Part shown: positions 17,386 through 24,370 of the stretch, piece by piece
Layout: each line of letters opens with the position of its first letter
Position numbering within the stretch: the first letter of the stretch is position 1
From: an uncultured Planctomycetales bacterium
GTDB lineage: Bacteria; Omnitrophota; Gorgyraeia; Aquiviventales; CAZWYX01
Length of the DNA: 44,487 nucleotides
Assembly (NCBI GenBank): GCA_964638485.1
Contig: CAZWYX010000001.1
Location: 20,752 to 65,238, forward strand
Reading direction: 5' to 3'
Translations under genes and position numbers: made by a program
Notes under the pieces: generated by a model
What the model saw: only the letters and a program-made list of their open reading frames with translations
What the model was told of the DNA's origin: nothing
The model's database searches: none

Positions 17386-17802
17386 TTACTCAACTTCAGC
17401 GACAGGTTTGCGCAGAGTTTTGATCGTCGCACGGTGGCGTTTGTCAGCGAGGAGCTTGGCTTTCGCACGCCGACTGCGCTTGCGTTTTTGCCGTCGGATT
17501 TTGGCGATCTCGCGCTGCCGATCGCTCTCGCGACCAAGAATTCGCTCCTCCATTTTCTCGGCGAGACGCCGGCGCGCCAGGAAACGATTCAAACCTTGCG
17601 AACGCTCTTCTTGACAACGTACCGACAGACCGGATGGACGGTGTGTCAGCACTACACACGTCGCCACTTTGTTCACGTTTTGACCGCCGGGCCCGCCTGA
17701 GCGCACAAACCGCTCCTCGAGATCCTCCTCGCGAACCCCGACGTTCAGTAAACGTGCGCGTAACGCATCTGCTGTCTCAGGACTAACAGGAAACTGCGGC
17801 AC
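17386..17802 (-). CDS. arfB: ArfB-type peptidyl-tRNA hydrolase / class-I release-factor-domain protein
   Basis: 138 aa with GGQ motif (SGGPGGQNVNKV) and a lysine/arginine-rich C-terminal tail. Confidence 0.75.
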   Translation of the reverse strand: MPQFPVSPETADALRARLLNVGVREEDLEERFVRSGGPGGQNVNKVATCVVLTHRPSGLSVRCQEERSQGLNRFLARRRLAEKMEERILGRESDRQREIAKIRRQKRKRSRRAKAKLLADKRHRATIKTLRKPVAEVE

Positions 17803-17820
17803 AGTGCACCGGCGTGACGT

Positions 17821-18000
17821 TCATTCGAGTGGTTGGGCTTGGTCTTGCTGGATGGTCTTGAGCTGCGTTTTGACGCGTTGGTAGGTCTCGACCTGCGTCT
17901 TGCCCGTGCTGTAGTCCAACACCTCGCCCGCCTCTTCTTGTTGTTGGCGAGAGCAGCCCACGATGACGAGGAGCATCACCAGCATGAGGAAACGCCTCAT
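17821..18000 (-). CDS. small lipoprotein
   Basis: Start MRRFLML at 18000 in an ATGA overlap with the msrA stop. Lipobox VIVGC. Confidence 0.5.
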   Translation of the reverse strand: MRRFLMLVMLLVIVGCSRQQQEEAGEVLDYSTGKTQVETYQRVKTQLKTIQQDQAQPLE

Positions 18001-18656
18001 CGAGATTCGTCGCCCCACGTGTCGTGGAGAAACGCTTCCCGACCCGAGCCGTGTTTGTAACGCTGATACTGGATGAGATGTTTTTTGTAGTAGTCCTGAT
18101 GGTACTCCTCGGCGGGATAGAAGTCCGCGGTGGGGAGAATGTCGGTTACGATCGGTTTGCCAAACTTGCCAGATTGAGCCAGGGTGTGCTTGGAGGTTTC
18201 GGCGGCGCGCCGCTGCTCGTCGGTGTGATAGAAAATGGCGGTGCGGTATTGACTGCCGCGATCAGCGAACTGTCCGTCGCGTTGGGTGGGATTGATGTTG
18301 CGCCAGAACACGTCGAGCAGCCGCTGATAGGTGACTTTCGCGGGATCGTAGAGGACCTTCACCGCTTCATAGTGGCCGGTCGTGCCCGAGGAGACGGCTT
18401 CGTACGTTGGATTTGTGGTAGTGCCGCCGGTGTAGCCCGAGGTCACCGATGTGACACCCTCTGTCACCTCGAAGGCCGCCTCCATGCACCAGAAGCACCC
18501 ACCCCCAAACGTCGCTTGCTCAGTCGTCATGCTGGGATATTGTAACACTCCTTTCTCCTCGAAGGAAGGATCGCCGTGGCTATGCGCGATGAGGTACATG
18601 CCCACCATCAGTAGCATGATGATCGCCATGAGGAGTTTCACCGCCACCGATCCCAC
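17997..18656 (-). CDS. msrA: peptide-methionine (S)-S-oxide reductase with N-terminal membrane anchor
   Basis: 219 aa. GGGCFWCMEAAFE active-site motif. N-terminal TM. Start is GTG at 18656 or ATG at 18629. Confidence 0.9.
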   Translation of the reverse strand: MGSVAVKLLMAIIMLLMVGMYLIAHSHGDPSFEEKGVLQYPSMTTEQATFGGGCFWCMEAAFEVTEGVTSVTSGYTGGTTTNPTYEAVSSGTTGHYEAVKVLYDPAKVTYQRLLDVFWRNINPTQRDGQFADRGSQYRTAIFYHTDEQRRAAETSKHTLAQSGKFGKPIVTDILPTADFYPAEEYHQDYYKKHLIQYQRYKHGSGREAFLHDTWGDESR

Positions 18657-18786
18657 GTGACCGAGAAAATCGTTGCCAGTCTCACCTGCTCGTCCATACC
18701 CCTAAACTCTGGCCCCTATTGTACCACCTCCCACGCCCAAGGGGAAACGAGGAGCGTGGCCGGCAGGAGTCGTTGGCTGAAACGTC

Positions 18787-18812
18787 AACGAGCAGCGTGG
18801 GCGCTGCTCGTT
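18787..18812 (-). terminator. 11-bp perfect hairpin just downstream of the FKBP gene
   Basis: AACGAGCAGCG-TGGG-CGCTGCTCGTT. Only a weak U tract follows on the minus strand (GACGUUUC). Confidence 0.4.
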
Positions 18813-18842
18813 CGATGGAGTTCCTGGGTGTGCGGAGGACTC

Positions 18843-19388
18843 TTACGACTGCGGCGAAATGTCCACGACCGTGACGTGGAAGCTGAGGGTTTTGCCAGCG
18901 AGGGGGTGATTGAGGTCGAGGGTAACGACGTCATCGGCCACGCCCACAATCCGCGACTGAAACGGCCGCCCCTGCTGATCCTGGCCGCGCAGGAGCTGGC
19001 CTACTTCCGGCACGCTCCCCTTGGGGAGCTGCTCCCGCGACACCTCTATGACGGCCTGGGGGTTCACTTCCCCGTACCCATCAGCGGGCGCCACCGTCAC
19101 ATCTTTGACGTCGCCGACCTGCAAACCGATCAGCTCGCGCTCGAGGCCGGGGATGATCTGGCCCTGGCCATGCACATAGCTCAGCGGCCCACGCCCCTCG
19201 CTCGTATCCACGACTGCTCCGTCCACCGTCAACGTGTAGTCAATTTTCACGGTCATCTGCTCTTGAATCGTTAATGGCGCTTGTCCCCCGTCTTGCTTGG
19301 CAATGCAACCGCCCGCCATCAATACACCGCCGATGAGCGCGCTGACGAGTACGTCGTTCCCCTGTCTCCAGTGCACACGGGCCTCCAT
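18843..19388 (-). CDS. FKBP-type peptidyl-prolyl isomerase (SlyD-like), probable lipoprotein
   Basis: 181 aa. YVHGQGQIIPGLERELIGLQVGD...NHPLAGKTLSFHVTVVDI. N-terminus ends in MAGGC. The ATG lies 1 nt after the moeZ-type stop copy. Confidence 0.85.
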   Translation of the reverse strand: MEARVHWRQGNDVLVSALIGGVLMAGGCIAKQDGGQAPLTIQEQMTVKIDYTLTVDGAVVDTSEGRGPLSYVHGQGQIIPGLERELIGLQVGDVKDVTVAPADGYGEVNPQAVIEVSREQLPKGSVPEVGQLLRGQDQQGRPFQSRIVGVADDVVTLDLNHPLAGKTLSFHVTVVDISPQS

Positions 19389-19455
19389 GTTAGTAGGTAG
19401 GCATCTGTGGATCCACGTCCTCCGCCCAGGCGGTGATGCCGCCCTTTAAATTCTT
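19371..19455. repeat. 85-bp perfect direct repeat, copy 1
   Basis: Identical base for base to 21070-21154. Diverged homology extends to about 19324-19470 versus 21023-21169. Confidence 0.95.
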
Positions 19456-19470
19456 GAGTTTGGTAACACC
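19390..19470 (-). pseudogene. orphan 3' fragment (26 codons plus stop) of a moeZ-type gene
   Basis: Encodes GVTKLKNLKGGITAWAEDVDPQMPTY*, versus GFTKLKNLKGGITAWAEDVDPQMPTY* in the intact gene. Differences outside the 85-bp core: 1 aa change (F to V) plus synonymous changes. Confidence 0.85.
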
Positions 19471-19519
19471 AGCAAATTCACTGACTCGGTAACTGACTGA
19501 CGTAGACCAGGGAGCCCAT

Positions 19520-19546
19520 TACAGCGCGCCCAGGCGGGCGCGGAGG
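19520..19546. repeat. 27-bp perfect direct repeat copy 1, contains a 7-bp-stem hairpin
   Basis: TACAGCGCGCCCAGGCGGGCGCGGAGG, identical to 20149-20175. Hairpin CGCGCCC-AGGC-GGGCGCG. Confidence 0.9.
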
Positions 19547-19571
19547 GTGTGTGCTTCCTTAGCCAGGGGGG

Positions 19572-19799
19572 CTACTGGCTCCGCTTGACATATTCTTCGA
19601 GCCGCCGTCCCACTCCGATGATCGTCAAGCCGGTGACCTCTCGTGCCTGCTCGTCGTAGCGCACGATGACGCCTTGACCCACGTCTACGCCAGTCGCAGG
19701 TCTGGGGCTGCCAAAGCTGAGGTACAAAGTATCGGCCTCACCGTCATACTCCCAGGTCAGGGGCGCCTCCTGTTGCTCGAAGAGTTTTACCGTGTCCAT
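19572..19799 (-). CDS. DUF2283-family protein (putative antitoxin)
   Basis: 75 aa. WEYDGEADTLYLSFG...VIVRYDEQAREVTGLTI is the DUF2283 pattern as I recall it. Overlaps the upstream gene by 13 nt. Confidence 0.7.
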   Translation of the reverse strand: MDTVKLFEQQEAPLTWEYDGEADTLYLSFGSPRPATGVDVGQGVIVRYDEQAREVTGLTIIGVGRRLEEYVKRSQ

Positions 19800-20098
19800 C
19801 TGATCTGCCTCCAGTCAGCAGGTTGCCGCGTGAGATAGGCGGTGACCACAAACCTATCTTCCGGGCTCACCTCGCGATACACCACCGCACAGTATTTTTC
19901 TGTCAAGGGTGTGCTGGCATAGTGCCGCACCGCTATCCATGTTCCGGCATCACCTACCTGCACGTAGTCTGGTTCTGCCACCGTTTCAAGGATCCGGTTC
20001 TCTTGTCCGTCCATATCGGGATGACGACGAGCAATGTGCGCGAGACGTTCATCGGTCAACCGAATCGGGACGCCGGCCACGGATGGCACGATCTGCAT
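19787..20098 (-). CDS. putative toxin partner (DUF4258/PBECR-like nuclease fold)
   Basis: ATG at 20098, 6 nt after a TATACT box. IRLTDERLAHIARRHPDM...KYCAVVYRE...FVVTAYLTRQ. Family assignment is tentative. Confidence 0.5.
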   Translation of the reverse strand: MQIVPSVAGVPIRLTDERLAHIARRHPDMDGQENRILETVAEPDYVQVGDAGTWIAVRHYASTPLTEKYCAVVYREVSPEDRFVVTAYLTRQPADWRQIRWTR

Positions 20099-20148
20099 AG
20101 GCGTAGTATAGCATACCACTGGCAGGAACTCGAATAGCGGTCCGAGAC

Positions 20149-20175
20149 TACAGCGCGCCCAGGCGGGCGCGGAGG
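20149..20175. repeat. 27-bp perfect direct repeat copy 2
   Basis: Identical to 19520-19546. Confidence 0.9.
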
Positions 20176-20263
20176 CGCCTGTCGCGCTCGGTGAGGTCGT
20201 CTGCCGGTAAGTCCACCCGAGCTGGGATTGACCGGGTTCGGATCGAATACTTCCCCGACGCCG

Positions 20264-21019
20264 TCAAAACAGGACCAGTTCTGTGGTGTCCAGAATCTCC
20301 CCCGATGTCGCGTCGAGGGTGTAGCGGACATCACCGACCACAATCCTGTGGGCCAGACGGTACTCGTCGTTCCACCGGGCGATACCGAGCTCACGACCTT
20401 GAAGAACCTCGAACGGAATTCCCGCCTTGATCGGCTTCCCGTCTAACCCCCTGTAGACGTGGTGAGAGTACTCTCTCTTTGCAAGTGCGCTCGCCTCTTC
20501 CGGGGTAAGCCTCGGCTCCAGGACCAGATCAGCGAGGATTTCTTCGGGAACGTAGCGGTTGTAGACGAGGTGAACCTCGTTTCTTTCCGTGAGATGAACG
20601 TCCACGCCACCCTTGAACACCGGCAGGCCCCGGAACGATTGGTCGAAGTACACGTGGGTGCCGCCAGGGCTCTCTTGGATCCGCAACGTCTTCAAGTCCC
20701 GCAGATCATGTGTCATCCCGAACAGGGAGGAGTAGCGGGCGAGGAACCGCCGCGCTGCTTCTTCCGGCGTGCCTGGAATCGGTTCGGTGCGACCGCCGTC
20801 CAAGACGCGGGGCGTCCCCAGCAGGTGATCCCAGCCCACTGACCACTTGAGGCCGTTCGCTTTCCGAAAGGCCTCCCACTCCTCGGATCTCGATTTACTC
20901 CCCGCCGGGTCGGTCGCAGCGAGGATTGGTATCGTCAGCACCGAGACGGCAGTGAGGATCAACCACCTCCCCGCCTTTCCGTTCCACGTCATCCACGGTT
21001 TGGTAGACATGGTCATCAC
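20264..21019 (-). CDS. secreted stand-alone FTP (fungalysin/thermolysin propeptide) plus PepSY protein, no protease domain
   Basis: 251 aa. Hydrophobic N-terminus. FTP-like EEAARRFLARYSSLFGM..THVYFDQSFRGLPVFKGGVDVHL. PepSY-like C-terminus (TPEEASALAK...YTLDATSGEILD). The ATG at 21016 overlaps the remnant ORF stop (TGATG). Confidence 0.6.
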   Translation of the reverse strand: MMTMSTKPWMTWNGKAGRWLILTAVSVLTIPILAATDPAGSKSRSEEWEAFRKANGLKWSVGWDHLLGTPRVLDGGRTEPIPGTPEEAARRFLARYSSLFGMTHDLRDLKTLRIQESPGGTHVYFDQSFRGLPVFKGGVDVHLTERNEVHLVYNRYVPEEILADLVLEPRLTPEEASALAKREYSHHVYRGLDGKPIKAGIPFEVLQGRELGIARWNDEYRLAHRIVVGDVRYTLDATSGEILDTTELVLF

Positions 21020-21087
21020 AAGACACTCCCACTGAGCACGCTGATGAGGACACTGTTCCCCTGCTTCCCGTGCACACGGGCCTCCAT
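21016..21087 (-). pseudogene. diverged duplicate of the first 23 codons of the FKBP gene
   Basis: MEARVHGKQGNSVLISVLSGSVL* versus the FKBP N-terminus MEARVHWRQGNDVLVSALIGGVL. Confidence 0.7.
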
Positions 21088-21154
21088 GTTAGTAGGTAGG
21101 CATCTGTGGATCCACGTCCTCCGCCCAGGCGGTGATGCCGCCCTTTAAATTCTT
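21070..21154. repeat. 85-bp perfect direct repeat, copy 2
   Basis: Identical to 19371-19455. Confidence 0.95.
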
Positions 21155-22522
21155 CAGCTTCGTAAACCCGGCCTCGCGGAGGATCTGGAGCGCTTTCCAA
21201 CTGCGGCCGCCGGATTTGCAGTGCAGGACGATCGGCTCAGCGGAGTTGAGTTCATGCATGCGCTCGGTAAATTCGCTTAACGGAATAAGCTGCGCGCCCT
21301 CGATGTGGCAGATGTCCCATTCATGCGGTTCGCGCACATCAATGACCCTCACATCTTGCCCGTTTTTGAGGAGCGTCTCGAGCTCTTGGGGTGCGATCTC
21401 CCACCCTTGCCGCTCATCGGTGGGCTCCGGCTGCTGCGCGTGAGCGCCGGGAAGCCCACAGAACTGCTCGTAGTCAATGAGCTTCATGATCGTGCGCTTC
21501 GGGCCACAGATCGGGCACGCTCCATCTTTCTTCAATTGCAGTTCACGGAACCGCATCTTGAGCGCATTGATGAGGAGCAATCTTCCCACTAACGTGTCGG
21601 GCTTGCCGAGGATAATTTTGATCGCCTCGGTGGCCTGAATGACGCCGATGAGGCCGGGCAAGATTCCAAGGACGCCACCTTCCGCGCAACTGGGCACGAG
21701 TCCCGGCGGCGGGGGTTCGGGATACAAGCAGCGGTAGCATGGACCTTTCCTCGCATCGAAGACCGAGGCTTGTCCCTCAAAGCGGAAGATGCTGCCGTAG
21801 ACGTTGGGCTTGCCGAGCAGCACACACGCATCGTTGACGAGGTAGCGCGTGGGAAAGTTGTCCGTCCCATCAATGATGATGTCGTACGGTTTGAAGATTT
21901 CGAGCGCATTGTCCGACGAGAGGCGTGTTTCATGCAGCTCAATCTCGATGTGCGGATTGATGGCTTGCAAGTGCTCTTTGGCTGCTTGCAGTTTAGGTTT
22001 GCCGACGTCTGGAGTCGTGTAGAGAATTTGGCGCTGGAGATTGGTGAAGTCTACCTTGTCCATGTCCACGAGACCCAGTTTGCCCACGCCAGCCGCAGCC
22101 AAGTAGAGGCCCAGCGGTGAGCCCAGACCGCCCATGCCGACCAAGAGAACCTTCGCCTCTTTGAGCTTGCGCTGACCTGCCATGCCCACTTCCGGCATGA
22201 TGAGGTGGCGGCTGTAGCGTTTGATTTCCTCATTCGAAAGATCGGCCCCACCGGCCACCGAGGGCACAATCGCGAGTTCATCACCGTCGTTAATCGGCGT
22301 GGCTAAGCCGCGCTGCGCGCGAATGTCCTCCTCGTTGACAAAGATGTTCACGAAGCTGCGTAGTTTGCCCGTGTCATCAAAGAGGTGTTGTTTCAGGGCG
22401 GCGTGCTGCGCAACCAAGCGCGTCAAGGCATCGCCAACTGTCGTCGCGCTGTTGACGGTAAAGGTCTCGCGCTTGTTGGCGTAGGCCTGTAACGCCGTGG
22501 GCAATAGAATCGTCGCCGTCAT
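21089..22522 (-). CDS. moeZ: fusion protein: MoaD/ThiS/CysO-like ubiquitin-fold domain (internal GG), MoeB/ThiF-type adenylyltransferase, rhodanese domain
   Basis: ATG at 22522 in an ATGA overlap with the cysM stop. Residues 1-92 end ...DELAIVPSVAGG. Then YSRHLIMPEVG..VGMGGLGSP..CYRC..CPICG. C-terminal rhodanese has LHCKSGGRS. Confidence 0.8.
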   Translation of the reverse strand: MTATILLPTALQAYANKRETFTVNSATTVGDALTRLVAQHAALKQHLFDDTGKLRSFVNIFVNEEDIRAQRGLATPINDGDELAIVPSVAGGADLSNEEIKRYSRHLIMPEVGMAGQRKLKEAKVLLVGMGGLGSPLGLYLAAAGVGKLGLVDMDKVDFTNLQRQILYTTPDVGKPKLQAAKEHLQAINPHIEIELHETRLSSDNALEIFKPYDIIIDGTDNFPTRYLVNDACVLLGKPNVYGSIFRFEGQASVFDARKGPCYRCLYPEPPPPGLVPSCAEGGVLGILPGLIGVIQATEAIKIILGKPDTLVGRLLLINALKMRFRELQLKKDGACPICGPKRTIMKLIDYEQFCGLPGAHAQQPEPTDERQGWEIAPQELETLLKNGQDVRVIDVREPHEWDICHIEGAQLIPLSEFTERMHELNSAEPIVLHCKSGGRSWKALQILREAGFTKLKNLKGGITAWAEDVDPQMPTY

Positions 22523-23484
22523 GACGCTTCCTCCCAAAATCGGTCACTCAAATACCGGCTCCCACCATCGGGAAAAATCATGACAAGGACGCCCTGTTCA
22601 ATCTGTGTGGCGATGTGGAGTGCTGCGGCCAGCGCCGCTCCCGACGAGGGGCCCACGAGGAGGCCTTCCTGTCGCGCGAGTTGTTTGACGCGACGGTACG
22701 CCTCTTCTGTTGAAATGTAGAGCGTTTGGTCCGGCAGAGCCCGATCGTAAATGCCAGGGACGATGGCGGCCTTCATGTGCTTGAGGCCCTCCAGGCCATG
22801 AAACGCGGCGTCCGGCTCCACAGCGATCAGCTGAATCTGCGGATTGTACCTTTTCAATCGCCGTCCTGTACCGACGAGTGTGCCAGCCGTTCCAAGACCT
22901 GCCACGAAGTGGGTGACTTCACCATGCGTTTGTTCCCAAATTTCTGGGCCGGTCGTTTCAAAGTGCGCCTTCCAATTCTCGTCGTTGTTGTACTGATCCG
23001 GAAAGAAGTAGCGCTCCGGATGCTCGGCGTAGAGCCGTTTGACTTCGCGAATCGCACCGTCGGTACTTTCCAGCGGCGTCGTAAAAATGAGCTCCGCACC
23101 GTAGGCCTTCAAGATCCGCTTCCGTTCTTCGCTCACGTTCGCAGGGATCGCCAGTTGTACGCGATACCCTTTGACCGCGGCAATCATGGCATAGGCAATA
23201 CCGGTGTTGCCCGACGTTGCGTCCAAAATAATTTTGTCTTTCGTGAGCTGGCCTGAGCGCTCCCCCGCTTGCAGCATGCGCAGCGCCGGACGATCTTTGA
23301 CTGAGCCACCGGGATTTTCCCACTCCGCCTTTGCCAGCAACGTCACGTGCGGCGCCTCCGCCTGTGCGATCTTGCGCAGTCGCAGCAAAGACGTCTTCCC
23401 CACTTTGGAGAGTAATTCCTCTCCCAGCGCGAGGTGTTGTTTGACTGCGGCTTCAGTGCCTGTCTGCATGATTTGTTTTAGCAC
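22519..23484 (-). CDS. cysM: PLP-dependent cysteine synthase (CysM/CysK family)
   Basis: 321 aa. GSVKDRPA and TSGNTGIAYA motifs. The cysM symbol is inferred from the adjacent CysO-like sulfur-carrier domain. Confidence 0.8.
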   Translation of the reverse strand: MLKQIMQTGTEAAVKQHLALGEELLSKVGKTSLLRLRKIAQAEAPHVTLLAKAEWENPGGSVKDRPALRMLQAGERSGQLTKDKIILDATSGNTGIAYAMIAAVKGYRVQLAIPANVSEERKRILKAYGAELIFTTPLESTDGAIREVKRLYAEHPERYFFPDQYNNDENWKAHFETTGPEIWEQTHGEVTHFVAGLGTAGTLVGTGRRLKRYNPQIQLIAVEPDAAFHGLEGLKHMKAAIVPGIYDRALPDQTLYISTEEAYRRVKQLARQEGLLVGPSSGAALAAALHIATQIEQGVLVMIFPDGGSRYLSDRFWEEAS

Positions 23485-23554
23485 ATAGCACTTGGTACTG
23501 AGTACATCGTGTGTGGTGCCGGCCCACTATGTACGATGCACGATGTACGGACCT
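23485..23554. repeat. heptamer-phased spacer with a 10-bp perfect inverted repeat
   Basis: TTGGTAC TGAGTAC ... CTATGTA CGATGCA CGATGTA. Inverted repeat GTACATCGTG (23502-23511) and CACGATGTAC (23539-23548). Confidence 0.8.
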
Positions 23555-23558
23555 TTAA

Positions 23559-23915
23559 TCAATCCCAAATCCCTAACGTGGCCTTCACATCATCGGATGC
23601 CATCGTCCGCGGATCCCATGGCGGTGTCCAGGCAATTTCGATGACGGCTTCCTTCACTCCCGGCACCGCGTACACCGCTGAGCGCGCCATCTGCACCAAC
23701 ATCGGCCCGTAAGGACAGCCAGGGGAGGTCAAGGTCATTTTGACATGCACTTTGCCGTCTTGGATCTCAACACCGTAGACCAGTCCCAGACTCACGATGT
23801 CGAGATGAATTTCTGGATCCTCGACGCGCGTGAGCTGCTGGCGCACCTGCTCTTCCGTAATCGTCGCTGTTGAGGCCGATCGTGGAGACTCTGCTGGGGG
23901 TGTTTCATCACTCAT
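23559..23915 (-). CDS. sufT: DUF59/SufT-type Fe-S assembly protein
   Basis: 118 aa. VEDPEIHLDIVSLGLVY...TLTSPGCP motif. Last gene of the suf operon. Confidence 0.8.
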   Translation of the reverse strand: MSDETPPAESPRSASTATITEEQVRQQLTRVEDPEIHLDIVSLGLVYGVEIQDGKVHVKMTLTSPGCPYGPMLVQMARSAVYAVPGVKEAVIEIAWTPPWDPRTMASDDVKATLGIWD

Positions 23916-24370
23916 GCTGTACCTCCTTGCGCATTGGCCTGTAGTAATCTTTCAAGAACATTCCACGCGAGGGTAGCGCATTTGACGCGCACCGGAAATT
24001 TGCGCACCCCCTGCAAGGACTCGAGATCGCCCAGCTGTGGCGTTGGCTCGGCGTCCTGGAGCATCATGGCTTTAAACTGGTCAATGAGCTCGCGCACTTC
24101 GGCGAGAGGCTTCCCTTTCACGCACTCGGTCATCATGGACGTCGAGGCCTGACTAATGGAACATCCGCGTCCGCTGAAACCGATATCCGCCAGTGTGCCG
24201 TCGGCGAGCTCAATTTGTACTGCGACCTGATCGCCACAGAGCGGGTTTTCTCCTTCACTCGCGCACGTCGGATGCGCAAGCGGTGCGTGGTTGCGCGGCT
24301 GGCGGTAGTGATCCAGGATCAGATCGCGATACAGTTCGTCAAGTTCATATTCCCTGGGTTGCGTACTCAT
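23912..24370 (-). CDS. sufU: SUF-type Fe-S scaffold SufU (IscU/NifU-like)
   Basis: 152 aa. NPLCGD, GCSISQAS and VKCATLAW motifs. Confidence 0.88.
   Translation of the reverse strand: MSTQPREYELDELYRDLILDHYRQPRNHAPLAHPTCASEGENPLCGDQVAVQIELADGTLADIGFSGRGCSISQASTSMMTECVKGKPLAEVRELIDQFKAMMLQDAEPTPQLGDLESLQGVRKFPVRVKCATLAWNVLERLLQANAQGGTA

Larger units (their letters stand above)
19371..21154. mobile_element. candidate 1.7-kb integrated cassette (Campbell-type) at the moeZ/FKBP junction, no integrase
   Basis: The 85-bp perfect direct repeats are 1699 bp apart. The inner flanks are diverged copies of the moeZ 3' end and the FKBP 5' end. Cargo: a TA-like pair and an FTP-PepSY protein. Confidence 0.45.

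Noticed and set aside
19371-21154. The insertion as an integron cassette array, or the 85-bp repeats as a DGR template/variable repeat pair.
   Set aside because: No intI, no attC-like R''/R' (RYYYAAC/GTTRRRY) cores at cassette ends, and no reverse transcriptase. The repeat core is perfectly identical, not adenine-specifically mutated.
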